64,000 nucleotides of DNA from a virus, in IMG/VR virus record IMGVR_UViG_3300012936_003649, positions 14,975-78,974 of that record. One strand, given 5' to 3'. Position 1 is the stretch's first letter. Each line of letters begins with the position of its first letter. A model generated the notes under the pieces. It saw nothing but the letters and a program-made list of their open reading frames with translations, searched no databases and was not told the DNA's origin. Made by a program: the position numbers and the translations under genes. Positions 20,356 to 30,429 of the stretch are shown piece by piece.

Positions 20356-21762
20356 ATGACAAACATTAAATACCCATCCGATACCTTCTGCCTTCTTCCC
20401 TGGGTGCATTTAAGCACAAGACCAGATGGAAGTATGCGAGTTTGCTGTACTGCAAATGCAAGTTCAGTAGGACCTACTAATGACAAAGAGCATGGTGGGC
20501 AAGTAGGAATCCTAAAAGATGAACAAGGAAGACCTAACAATTTAAATGTAAGTGATTTTGAAACAGCATGGAATAGTACATATATGAAGAATGTACGAAA
20601 ACAAATGCTGAATGGTGAAATGCCACCTAGTTGTATTAAGTGTTATAAAGAAGAAGCCGCAGGACATAATTCAAAACGTATGTGGGAAACAGCATATTGG
20701 TCTGAGCGTGTTGATGTTGATAAAGTAATTGCTAATACAGGAGAAGACGGATCAGTGCCTCCACAACTTGCTTATATTGATTTACGTTTCGGTACAAAAT
20801 GTCAATTAGCGTGTGTAATGTGTAGTCCGCACGATTCAAGTGGTTGGATTAAAGACTACAAAAAGATTTTTCCGGATGTAAAAAATGAATCTCTAAAAGA
20901 AACTATGCAATGGAAAGACAAAGGCAGTTATAACGGTAGTAGTTATAATTGGCACAAACAAAATCCTACATTTTGGAAACAGTTTTATGAGCAGATGCCT
21001 AGTATGCAACAAATTTATTTTGCAGGCGGCGAAAGTCTTATTATTGAAGAACACTACGAAATACTTGAACATGCTATCAAAATGGGCTATGCAAAAGATT
21101 TAGAACTACGTTATAATTCAAATGGTGTTGAATGGCGTGATGATTTGTTTGACTTATGGAAAGAATTTAAATTAGTACGTTTTCATTATTCAATAGATAG
21201 TATTAAAGAAATGAATGATTACATACGTTATCCTAGTACTTGGAAACGTCAAGAAGAAGTTTTTCACATACTAGATAATGAAACAAGTAATAATGTAGAA
21301 GTAACAGTTGCTTGTGCAGTTCAAGCACTAAACATATATTATATTCCTGACTTTATAAAGTGGAAACTTACACAAGGATTCAAAAAAATTAATATGTGGC
21401 CTTTTGGTGCAGGCGCTATTAACTATCATTTTGTTTATCACCCTCCGCATTTGAATGTTAAAATTTTGCCTAAATGGTTCAAAGAAGAGTGTCGTAAAAA
21501 GTACGAAGAATTTTACCCTTGGTGGGAAGAAAATTGGGAACTAGGTGTTCCTAGTTGGCATAAAGGCAAAGTACCGTATCAAAAATGGCGTGATGCAAGT
21601 TATGGTATTAGTAGACTAGAAGGTATGCTAAAATTTATGGAAAGCGAAGACTGGAGTAGGCGTTTGCCGGAAATGAAAGAGTTCCTTGACTTATGCGACA
21701 AACAGCGTGGAATAACTTTTGCTGAAACATTCCCAGAAATGAAGGACATATTCAATGGCTAA
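20356..21762 (+). CDS. N-terminal twitch-domain radical SAM enzyme 1
   Basis: FCLLPWVHL..RPDG..RVCC...CIKC, then CQLACVMC, FAGGES, YNSN, SID. Confidence 0.9.
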   Translation: MTNIKYPSDTFCLLPWVHLSTRPDGSMRVCCTANASSVGPTNDKEHGGQVGILKDEQGRPNNLNVSDFETAWNSTYMKNVRKQMLNGEMPPSCIKCYKEEAAGHNSKRMWETAYWSERVDVDKVIANTGEDGSVPPQLAYIDLRFGTKCQLACVMCSPHDSSGWIKDYKKIFPDVKNESLKETMQWKDKGSYNGSSYNWHKQNPTFWKQFYEQMPSMQQIYFAGGESLIIEEHYEILEHAIKMGYAKDLELRYNSNGVEWRDDLFDLWKEFKLVRFHYSIDSIKEMNDYIRYPSTWKRQEEVFHILDNETSNNVEVTVACAVQALNIYYIPDFIKWKLTQGFKKINMWPFGAGAINYHFVYHPPHLNVKILPKWFKEECRKKYEEFYPWWEENWELGVPSWHKGKVPYQKWRDASYGISRLEGMLKFMESEDWSRRLPEMKEFLDLCDKQRGITFAETFPEMKDIFNG

Positions 21763-22951
21763 GCCAATTTGTAGTGCTGTTCAGCATGGATTAGCAATTA
21801 CAGCATATGGAGCAGTCAATCCATGTTGTGCTAGTGGTGATTTCAAACACATAACTGAAATAGATAACATAGTTGATTATGTCAGGAATAATAAAGAATT
21901 AAAAGATAAACGTGCTATAGAGTATACCGATGAATGGATACCAGAATGCACAGGCTGTGATCAAAAATCACGTAAAGGTTTGATATCTCGTAAAGATAAG
22001 ATGTTAAATTGGTTTCCTTTCGCAGATGAACAATGGTCGTTAAAAAACAAAGACACTTACATACACATGGATATAAGTTTTGGTAATACTTGTAGTCAGC
22101 AGTGTATTATGTGTAATAGTAATTTTAGTAGCAAATGGTTGAAGTATGACTTAGAATTAAATGAATCAAACGATAGTCGTAAAAAATTTGCAAGAAATTT
22201 TGATATTATGGCTTTAAAAAATTGGAGTTTAAATTATGAACAATTAGATCAAATTGCAAGTCTTGTATCATATGAGACTAGAATGATAGAAATTAAAGGG
22301 GGAGAACCTTTATACGATAAAAGATTCGATTACTTTGTACAAGCAGTTTTAAAACGTAATCCGAATGTAAAGATTAGCACTAATACCAACGGTATACACT
22401 TTAGTAAAAAAACTATTGACATGCTTAATAATATTAACAGATTAAATGTTGATATAAGTTATGACGGCACTGAAAAAGTATACGAATGGATTAGGTCTAG
22501 TAAGTGGGACATGGCTGTAGAAAATTATAAAAGATGTTTGTCACATCTGCGCCATTGTCCCACTTTGAATTATACAACTATGATGTATAATGTAGATCAT
22601 TTTGAAACATTTTATAATTGGGCGGCAGATATGTCAGAAAAATATGATAGGCGTGTGCCTCTGCATTTTACACAAGTAGTTACAGCACCAAAGCATATAG
22701 GACCTGCGTTTGCTTCAAAGGAGCGTATAAAAAATGGCATAAGCCAATTAGAAATGATGTATGATGATCCTAGAGATGCAGGCGCAAGTGATAGTGCAAT
22801 TTATAAACCCCGTATAAAAAACTTAATTGCGTTCTTACAAAAGTGCTATGATCAAAAATTAGAAAGCAAAGAAAGTGAAAGGCATGTAGAAGTACATGAC
22901 TGGTTAACAAAAGTAAGGGGATGGGATATAAAAGATTATGCCAACATGTAA
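21755..22951 (+). CDS. N-terminal twitch-domain radical SAM enzyme 2
   Basis: IC...PCC...CTGC; CSQQCIMC; KGGEP; TNTNG; SYDG. Confidence 0.88.
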   Translation: MAKPICSAVQHGLAITAYGAVNPCCASGDFKHITEIDNIVDYVRNNKELKDKRAIEYTDEWIPECTGCDQKSRKGLISRKDKMLNWFPFADEQWSLKNKDTYIHMDISFGNTCSQQCIMCNSNFSSKWLKYDLELNESNDSRKKFARNFDIMALKNWSLNYEQLDQIASLVSYETRMIEIKGGEPLYDKRFDYFVQAVLKRNPNVKISTNTNGIHFSKKTIDMLNNINRLNVDISYDGTEKVYEWIRSSKWDMAVENYKRCLSHLRHCPTLNYTTMMYNVDHFETFYNWAADMSEKYDRRVPLHFTQVVTAPKHIGPAFASKERIKNGISQLEMMYDDPRDAGASDSAIYKPRIKNLIAFLQKCYDQKLESKESERHVEVHDWLTKVRGWDIKDYANM

Positions 22952-24098
22952 AGTACCATGGATGACTATTACCTTAGCGGCAAACGGCGGCATAAAGCCG
23001 TGTTGTGTCTACGAAGGTGGTGACTGGAGTATACATAATGGTGATACTTTAGACAGTGCATGGAAAGACATGGATACGTTAAGGCAAAAATTTATAAATG
23101 GTGAAAGGCCTAAAGAATGTAGACAATGTTGGAAGCGTGAAGCAAGTTTAGGACACAGCCGTAGAACATGGTACGATGATAAAATAGAAGAATGGCCAAA
23201 TGAATACAAATTAAATCCGCCTATGCAGTTACGTCATATGGATTTAAACTTTGGTAATACTTGCAATCTAAAATGTCGTATGTGTGGTAGTTGGGGAAGT
23301 ACAGCATGGTTCAAAGAAGAAGAGAAATTAATTGCTATTGATAGAGATTTCCAACGCAGTAGAGGACCAAGACGTCCTACTATTATCCCAGCAAGTTACT
23401 GGGAAGATAAAAAAGATATGTTTCAATATTTAGAACGTATTGACTTTAAAGGTGGCGAGCCTATGATGCAAGATGGTATGTATGACTTTTTAGAATATCT
23501 TGTTGAATGGGGATACGCTCCTAAAATTACTATTGCATATACAACCAATGGAACAAAAACACCAGAACGCTTGAAAGACTTGTGGCCTAAATTTAAAAGA
23601 GTAAAATTAATTATTAGTGTAGAAGGTACAGGAAAACTTTACGAATATATCCGTGGAGGAGATGTACAATCATTAGAAAGTTTAAAAGAAAATATTCATT
23701 GGTTTGATCAATTTGAAAATTTGCGTGGTAGTTTCAACAGTGCAATACAGATATACAATATTTTTGATTTGAACAATTTACTTGAATGGTTTAGAGATAC
23801 TGTTAATGCTAGTAAAAAATGGCATAGAGATCCTGACACATTTAAATTTGATTGTTTAGTTTCTAGCCCACCTTATTTGAATATTAATATTATGCCAGAT
23901 GAATTAAAACAAAAAGCAATAGAAATTATAGATGAAAAAAACTATAAAAGTCTGCAAACAATTCGTACAGCATTAACTAGGTCGTCTTACAATAATAAGC
24001 AATGGGACTTGTTTGTTCGCTTTACTAATGAACTAGACAAAATGCGTGGCGGTATTCAATGTTTAGATGTTGTGCCACAACTAAAAGGATACATGTAA
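22938..24098 (+). CDS. N-terminal twitch-domain radical SAM enzyme 3
   Basis: CKVPW...PCC...CRQC; CNLKCRMC; KGGEP; TTNG. Confidence 0.9.
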   Translation: MPTCKVPWMTITLAANGGIKPCCVYEGGDWSIHNGDTLDSAWKDMDTLRQKFINGERPKECRQCWKREASLGHSRRTWYDDKIEEWPNEYKLNPPMQLRHMDLNFGNTCNLKCRMCGSWGSTAWFKEEEKLIAIDRDFQRSRGPRRPTIIPASYWEDKKDMFQYLERIDFKGGEPMMQDGMYDFLEYLVEWGYAPKITIAYTTNGTKTPERLKDLWPKFKRVKLIISVEGTGKLYEYIRGGDVQSLESLKENIHWFDQFENLRGSFNSAIQIYNIFDLNNLLEWFRDTVNASKKWHRDPDTFKFDCLVSSPPYLNINIMPDELKQKAIEIIDEKNYKSLQTIRTALTRSSYNNKQWDLFVRFTNELDKMRGGIQCLDVVPQLKGYM

Positions 24099-25369
24099 TG
24101 ACTAATCCTAAATTTTCACCTTATAATTATTGTGTATATTTGAACAACCAGCCTTATATTGATAACGACGGTATGATTTTTTCATGTTGCAAAAACAGAA
24201 AAACACGCCTACCTTACAATATAAAAGATATGCCACTTATTGATATGTTTAACACTCCTGAGTTTATTGAAACTAGAAAACAAATGGCTGAAGGTATTAT
24301 GCCATTTGGATGTGAACCGTGTTATAGTGCAGAAGCAAAAGGTCAAAACAATAGTTTTAGAATAAGAAGTTTGAAGGGTGTGCGTTTCAGAGATCATGGA
24401 CCTGTTAAAACTTTACCGGAGGGTATGGATCAATCAATTTATATTAAACCTTACCCTGACACTAAAATTAGGGCTTTAGATTTGAGATTAGGATCAACTT
24501 GCAATCTTACTTGCGTTATGTGTTATCCTAGTGATAGTAATAAATGGCATAAAATATTTGAAGATTACGCTAGAACTGTAAACAAAGAAACTGAAAATGC
24601 AATAAACATTACAATGAATAGATATGATCCTAAAAAACTTAATTGGGCTGAAGATCCTAAAGCATGGGATAATATTTTTTGTAGTATTGATGATGATGTC
24701 AAAAGGATATATCTTGCTGGCGGCGAACCTTTTTATATTAGAGGATTTGAAGATTACTTGGTAGAATTATACAACAAGTGTCCGCAAGCATTTATAGAAA
24801 TTAATACAAATGCAACACGCCTACTACCTGAAAAATATTTGAAAAAATTAAAAGGAGCAAAATTAGGAATCCGTGTTAGCATTGATGGATTAGGAACAGT
24901 AGACGAATATGTACGTCAAGGAACTAAATGGGATGAAAAAGTACAAGTAATCGATCAATACCAAAAATATTTTGATATAACTAGTTTTGATATTACTGTA
25001 AGTTCTTTGAATGTGCATAATTTACCAGACACGCTTCAATGGATTAAAGACAATTATATTAATGAAAATGAGTTTCCTACAATACTTGTACGTCCTGTTA
25101 TAAGTCAAAAAGGTTTGAGTATTAATGTGCTTCCTTTACATGAACGACAGGAGATATTAAACAGATTAAATGCACTATTAGACAATTGGCCTAATTATAA
25201 GCGTAAACTTAATATTAATGAAGTTATTGCTAAATTGTCTGAAGAACAAGTAGATGAAATTGATAAACTAGGAAGGATTATAAATTTTTGGGAAAAGTCG
25301 TCAAAAATAAGTTACGAAAATATCAATCCAAAATTAATAAGGTGGGTACATGCAAACAGTAGCAGTTGA
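24098..25369 (+). CDS. N-terminal twitch-domain radical SAM enzyme 4
   Basis: TAATG-coupled start MTNPKF; YC...SCC...CEPC; CNLTCVMC; AGGEP. Confidence 0.88.
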   Translation: MTNPKFSPYNYCVYLNNQPYIDNDGMIFSCCKNRKTRLPYNIKDMPLIDMFNTPEFIETRKQMAEGIMPFGCEPCYSAEAKGQNNSFRIRSLKGVRFRDHGPVKTLPEGMDQSIYIKPYPDTKIRALDLRLGSTCNLTCVMCYPSDSNKWHKIFEDYARTVNKETENAINITMNRYDPKKLNWAEDPKAWDNIFCSIDDDVKRIYLAGGEPFYIRGFEDYLVELYNKCPQAFIEINTNATRLLPEKYLKKLKGAKLGIRVSIDGLGTVDEYVRQGTKWDEKVQVIDQYQKYFDITSFDITVSSLNVHNLPDTLQWIKDNYINENEFPTILVRPVISQKGLSINVLPLHERQEILNRLNALLDNWPNYKRKLNINEVIAKLSEEQVDEIDKLGRIINFWEKSSKISYENINPKLIRWVHANSSS

Positions 25370-26102
25370 ACATGCAAGTCCAAACCAAGCCAAGGTTGTA
25401 AAGATCGAATGGAATATGGGCAAACGTTGTAACTTTAATTGTAGTTATTGTGATGAATTTACCCATGACCATAAAAGTAAACACATGAGTTTTGAAGTTG
25501 CACAACGAACTATTGATAAAATTGTTAGTAAATTACCTGGTAGAAGATTTAAAATAAATTTAACAGGTGGAGAACCTACTGTTAATCCTAACTTTGAAAA
25601 AATATTAGATTACATGTATAGTAAAGGTATTGATGTTGGATTAACAACTAATGGCAGTAGAACACTAGAATTTTACAAAAGAATACTTCCAAAACTAGCA
25701 AGTTTTATTGTTAGTTATCATATGGAGTATCACAAGAGAGAAGTTATTCCTGAAAACATTGTAGCCTTAAAGAAACTAGCACTAGAACAAGACAGGTATA
25801 TACACGTACATGTCCACATGATGATGTTGCCTACAACATTTGACGAAGCAAAAGAAGCAATAGAGTATCTAAAAGAAAATGATGTTCCTGTTGTTATGCG
25901 TAGAATACGTCCTGCAAGGATGAAGCAACATCCTGATAGTAAATTTAACGAAAAAGGTCAACTAATCGAAGGCCCTATATCTAGACCATTTTATGATGGT
26001 ATTGTAACACAATTATTTAAAAACGGATCTCCTTATTATGGAGGAGACAAAGACTATTATTCGGAAGATGAAATAGAATTTTTGGAGAATGCCGGTGTAT
26101 AA
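25350..26102 (+). CDS. Radical SAM enzyme, core domain only
   Basis: CNFNCSYC, LTGGEPT, TTNGSR, SYH; related to the N-terminal part of 39747. Confidence 0.88.
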   Translation: MQTVAVEHASPNQAKVVKIEWNMGKRCNFNCSYCDEFTHDHKSKHMSFEVAQRTIDKIVSKLPGRRFKINLTGGEPTVNPNFEKILDYMYSKGIDVGLTTNGSRTLEFYKRILPKLASFIVSYHMEYHKREVIPENIVALKKLALEQDRYIHVHVHMMMLPTTFDEAKEAIEYLKENDVPVVMRRIRPARMKQHPDSKFNEKGQLIEGPISRPFYDGIVTQLFKNGSPYYGGDKDYYSEDEIEFLENAGV

Positions 26103-26463
26103 TACTTTAAAAAATCAAAACAAAGCAGGAAGTTTTGTCAATGTTGCAACTATACAAGAGCGAGAAGAAGGGTTGACAAAGGTTGAAGAAAATGTTAACG
26201 ATATATTAGTAAGAAAAGAAAATGAATACATTGATTGGTTATGTTGGAGCGGTCAAGAAAGTTTGTTTATTAGAGATAACGGCGATGTTTTCAATGCAAC
26301 ATGTAGAGTAAAGTATTTAGGTAATATATATGATGATTTTGATATTCCGACTGAACCAATTATTTGCAAAAAACAATGGTGTGCTTGTGCCGCCGACTTA
26401 AATACTTCTAAAGCAAAAGATGTAGAGTCAGCAAAATATTTAAGGATAAACAATGGAACTTAG
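26089..26463 (+). CDS. Stand-alone SPASM-like Fe-S domain protein
   Basis: CWSG..SLFIRDNGDVFNATC...LGNI...P..C....CACAAD aligns with the C-terminus of 39747. Confidence 0.7.
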   Translation: MPVYNTLKNQNKAGSFVNVATIQEREEGLTKVEENVNDILVRKENEYIDWLCWSGQESLFIRDNGDVFNATCRVKYLGNIYDDFDIPTEPIICKKQWCACAADLNTSKAKDVESAKYLRINNGT

Positions 26464-27070
26464 TCAAAGATGGAAAAATAGACGTACCGAAAGATGGTTT
26501 TCGGATGCTGATGTTGAAGAAGAAAAAATTAAAAAACTTTGTGATGTTATACCACATATTCCTTCTCAACAAAGTATTGTAGATCATTATTGGTGTTGCT
26601 TTTCCAAAGATGAAAAAGAAATGAGAGATTTTTTATTTTATCACGTTTTCTTATCTAAAAAAGGTTTTGATCGCAATCATGTTGACGATGACATTCTTCA
26701 TTTTGGAAGTATACTGACTGCTCCCTACGTGCTTGTAGGATTACATAGAAGTGGTATGCCCTCACATAATGATATAGGATTGCACACTGGTGTTTTATTA
26801 GCAACTGCATTAGAATTAGAACTTGATGTTGCAACAATGGGATGTCAAGCAGGATTTGTAAAAGTTAAAAAATTCAACAAACTTATTAGAAAACATAGAA
26901 ACATACCGGACAAAAATCATCTTATTCCAGTAATGGCAGTTTGTGTTGGATATAAAGAAAGACATCCTAAAGAATATTTTTATTTAGAAGATGGAACTAG
27001 AGTGAACACACAACTATCAGTTGATAGAGATAGAAAACCAAATAATTTTGTAGGAAAACATGAGCAATAA
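26453..27070 (+). CDS. Nitroreductase-fold flavoprotein
   Basis: W.NRRTERWF...V..EKI...PSQQ...IGLHTG.L...A.EL.LD...MGC...VCVG pattern. Confidence 0.6.
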   Translation: MELSQRWKNRRTERWFSDADVEEEKIKKLCDVIPHIPSQQSIVDHYWCCFSKDEKEMRDFLFYHVFLSKKGFDRNHVDDDILHFGSILTAPYVLVGLHRSGMPSHNDIGLHTGVLLATALELELDVATMGCQAGFVKVKKFNKLIRKHRNIPDKNHLIPVMAVCVGYKERHPKEYFYLEDGTRVNTQLSVDRDRKPNNFVGKHEQ

Positions 27071-28334
27071 AGATAAAGCATTAAAAAGTGATACGTTTTG
27101 CTTGTTGCCTTTCATACATATGGCAACAAAAACCGATGGCGATATGAAACTATGCTGTCGCAGTTGGCCTGTAGGTAATATAAATGAAACCACAATGAAA
27201 GAATTATGGAACAGCGACAAATATAAAGAAGTAAGACGTATGATGCTTGATGGAGAAAGACCAAAAGAATGTGATGCTTGTTGGCGACAGGAAGATATTG
27301 GTGTAAGAAGTATGCGACAGCGTTATAACAAAACTAGAACCAAAAAATATTTGTCTCGGTTAGATAATATGTCTGATGATTACACAATGCCTTTTGAAAT
27401 TCCTGTGCTAGAATCTAAACTTAGTAATTTTTGTAATTTAAAATGTCGCATGTGTCATCCACTTGATAGTACAAGTTGGAGTAAAGACTGGGAAACAATT
27501 GAACACTTAATGGAAAAAGCCAACGGAAGTACTTTTAGAAAAGTTCGTGAATTTGGACTGACAAGAAAGCCTTACATAAGTGGCTGGGAAAAGAATGATG
27601 AATTTTGGAAAGAGTTTGAAGAACTTGCTCCGCACTTTGAGCGTATAGAATTTGCTGGAGGAGAACCTTTGATTGATCCTATACATTATCGTATTTTAAA
27701 TATTCTTAAAAAATATGGAAGTAATATAGAATTAAAGTATAGTACTAATCTTACAAAACTAAACTATAAAAAAGATGATGTTATGGAGTTATGGAATCAC
27801 TTCAAAGGCGTGGAGGTGATGATTAGTATTGATGGTGTTGACGATGTTTACAATTATATTAGGCAACTAGGTGATTATGAAATTGTAAAAAAGAATATTT
27901 TAAAAGTTGTTGATCATCCTAAGGTAGTTAAAATAGCAGGCGCTTGTACATTCCAAGTATACAATATTTTTAGTATGCCTGAAATTTTTGATCAATTTAC
28001 AGAAGATCTCAACATAGATATTCATGCACATAGAGTAAACTATCCAACGTTTTTAGATATGAGATTGATACCTGATAGTGTAAAACAACCGTTGACAAAA
28101 AAACTTGAAGATTATGTAGACACTATTGAAAACAAAACACATTCAAATTGGACCGAAGAAAGAAAACAAAATGCGATCAAACACGGCAAGGATAATATTG
28201 CCGCACTTAATGGAGGTTCTTTGACTAAAGAGATTCCAGCATTTATTGAATTTAGTGATAGATTAGATCACAAACAAAAAGTAGTAAAAGATTGGAAAGA
28301 ATTACTTCCAGAATTAGCAAAGGAAATAATATGA
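27060..28334 (+). CDS. N-terminal twitch-domain radical SAM enzyme 5
   Basis: FCLLPFIH...DG..KLCC...CDAC; CNLKCRMC; AGGEP; SIDG. Confidence 0.9.
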   Translation: MSNKDKALKSDTFCLLPFIHMATKTDGDMKLCCRSWPVGNINETTMKELWNSDKYKEVRRMMLDGERPKECDACWRQEDIGVRSMRQRYNKTRTKKYLSRLDNMSDDYTMPFEIPVLESKLSNFCNLKCRMCHPLDSTSWSKDWETIEHLMEKANGSTFRKVREFGLTRKPYISGWEKNDEFWKEFEELAPHFERIEFAGGEPLIDPIHYRILNILKKYGSNIELKYSTNLTKLNYKKDDVMELWNHFKGVEVMISIDGVDDVYNYIRQLGDYEIVKKNILKVVDHPKVVKIAGACTFQVYNIFSMPEIFDQFTEDLNIDIHAHRVNYPTFLDMRLIPDSVKQPLTKKLEDYVDTIENKTHSNWTEERKQNAIKHGKDNIAALNGGSLTKEIPAFIEFSDRLDHKQKVVKDWKELLPELAKEII

Positions 28335-29728
28335 TAAGTCAAAAAGCACAGGCAGAAAGACTAGTAAGAAATAATGGAATTATGGTTGCATATGTTGATA
28401 GTCATGATACCAGATATAAAGATCCTTTTATTGAAATGGTCTCAAAAAATATTGCGGAATTTAATACACTTGATTTAAGACAATTAGAACAAAAAGTAAT
28501 TACAACGACATCTTATTTAGATGCTTTGCATATAGCACAAAGACAAGGCTGTAAACATTTGTTGTATGTGGAGTTAGGTACTGTTATAGATTGGTGTGAC
28601 GGTCCTATGAAAGATATTGTTGCTTTTATTAGATCATATCCGGATAGTAAATTTTTCGGACATATTTTACAACATGCAAACGGATCGTTTTATATACACC
28701 CACAGTTTTTTGTAATAGATGTCGAGTGGGCAATGGAAAACAATATAAGAAGGATTGAGGAAGAAAATCCTAAAATTAAATGGAATGCACCTGTATTTGA
28801 AAGGAGCGTTAGTCACTTCCATGATGGATATACACCTCATTGGGTAAAGATCGGTGAGAAAAAACGTTCTAAAGTCAGAGGACAAGGCAAAGGTTGGAAC
28901 ATTCTAGATGCAATATTTGAAACTGACAGTGAAATGCAAGTTTGGCCAGAACATATACGCAATGCTAAAAAGTTTCTTTATCCTACAGTAAAAGAAGAGT
29001 GTGTAAAAAATAAAGCAGTAATTTTTAGCGAAATGAATACAAATAGAGTATATGTCGCTAATACTGAAGAAATCCAGTATGAGAAATATTCTCGTATTTT
29101 AGATCATCATGATATAAAATGTGTCGCTACTCCTGCAAGTGGGTTAAGTACTTTCTTGCTTCCTTTTTATGCACGGGCAGAAAAAACACTTGCATATGAT
29201 ATAAACATTATGTCTTTACATATGATCGAACTAATGACAGAAGAATGGGACGGAACTAATTTTAAAGATTTTATAAACACAAGAGTTGTAACTCACCGTG
29301 CGTTAGAATCAGTATATAAAGCGAAAGATGTACATCTAGAAAATGCAGATGCTTTACTTAAAAGTTTTGGAGATGAATGGGTTGATTGGTGGAGAACCAG
29401 AGGTAAAAATTCAATTACTACTAAGCAAATAGATATTTTCAATCATCATACATGGTATAATTTTAAAAATCATTTAATGGGCAACCATGTTACATTGTTA
29501 AATATTAGTAATATTATGCACTATGCACCTTCTGCAACTTTATTTAATACACAACAAAGAATAGATATATTAAAAAATTTACATAGTTATATTACAACAA
29601 ATGTTATGAACAAAGAAAATTTACTTATACATGGTAGAAGCCCTACTGAAAGTGACCATCCTATTTATGGGTATTTTCGAGAAAGAGATATTGTAAGTAA
29701 TATAGTATTTCCATGGAGGAGAAATTAA
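28331..29728 (+). CDS. Hypothetical enzyme (possible GT-like N-domain plus Rossmann/SAM-binding C-domain)
   Basis: 465 aa from MISQK; FYIHPQFFVID and HDGYTPHW in the N-half, VATPASG...LAYD in the C-half; assignment weak. Confidence 0.35.
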   Translation: MISQKAQAERLVRNNGIMVAYVDSHDTRYKDPFIEMVSKNIAEFNTLDLRQLEQKVITTTSYLDALHIAQRQGCKHLLYVELGTVIDWCDGPMKDIVAFIRSYPDSKFFGHILQHANGSFYIHPQFFVIDVEWAMENNIRRIEEENPKIKWNAPVFERSVSHFHDGYTPHWVKIGEKKRSKVRGQGKGWNILDAIFETDSEMQVWPEHIRNAKKFLYPTVKEECVKNKAVIFSEMNTNRVYVANTEEIQYEKYSRILDHHDIKCVATPASGLSTFLLPFYARAEKTLAYDINIMSLHMIELMTEEWDGTNFKDFINTRVVTHRALESVYKAKDVHLENADALLKSFGDEWVDWWRTRGKNSITTKQIDIFNHHTWYNFKNHLMGNHVTLLNISNIMHYAPSATLFNTQQRIDILKNLHSYITTNVMNKENLLIHGRSPTESDHPIYGYFRERDIVSNIVFPWRRN

Positions 29729-30429
29729 TGGAAGAAATTAGAGAAATAATTAGACGTAATGCAAATATAATACACAATGAACATATTCCACCTATTCCAG
29801 AAGAGTTTAGAGATGGAAAAAATGATGCTAAGTTCTGTGATTGGATTATAAGTCATAGCATGTTGCCATCTTTTCCTTTAGATATTGAAATTCCACACGA
29901 AGAAATGTATAAAGAAGCAATGGCGCAAAAGCATCGATTTGTAAAACATAGAGGTAGTAGCAGTCCGGGCTGGTCCAGTATGGCGATCCATGGCACAGCA
30001 GTACATCATACTTCACCGAGAGAAAATTATTTTGAACAAGACAATATGCCAGAGTATGATTGGACTGAACTTGCAGACCTATGTCCAATTACAAAACAGT
30101 GGTTACAAAATTTAGGATTCAAAAAATATCAAAGAGTGCGTTTCATGTTACTTGATCCTGGAGGTTACATCAATCCTCACAGAGATGTTGATGTGAGAAA
30201 ACTTCATGCTTGGAACGTGGCAATAAATAATCCTGTAGGACATAAATTTGTCTTAGATGGACACGGAATAATTCCTTGGAAAGTCGGCGAAGTTAGAGGT
30301 ATTGATATATCTCAACTGCATACTGTAGTCAATGATGGTGTAGAACCAAGACTACACATGATTATACACGGCCACTTTGATGAAGGAATAGCAAAGACTA
30401 TTTGCAGGAGTTATGAAAAGTTGGTATGA
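29728..30429 (+). CDS. 2OG-Fe(II) oxygenase, aspartyl/asparaginyl beta-hydroxylase-like
   Basis: RVRFMLLDPGGYINPHRD...LHTVVN....RLHMIIHG (HxD...H...R). Confidence 0.8.
   Translation: MEEIREIIRRNANIIHNEHIPPIPEEFRDGKNDAKFCDWIISHSMLPSFPLDIEIPHEEMYKEAMAQKHRFVKHRGSSSPGWSSMAIHGTAVHHTSPRENYFEQDNMPEYDWTELADLCPITKQWLQNLGFKKYQRVRFMLLDPGGYINPHRDVDVRKLHAWNVAINNPVGHKFVLDGHGIIPWKVGEVRGIDISQLHTVVNDGVEPRLHMIIHGHFDEGIAKTICRSYEKLV

Noticed and set aside
20260-20409. Extended N-terminus of the 427-aa minus-strand ORF
   Set aside because: It overlaps the divergent radical SAM gene and its promoter boxes; the lipoprotein signal starts at 20259.
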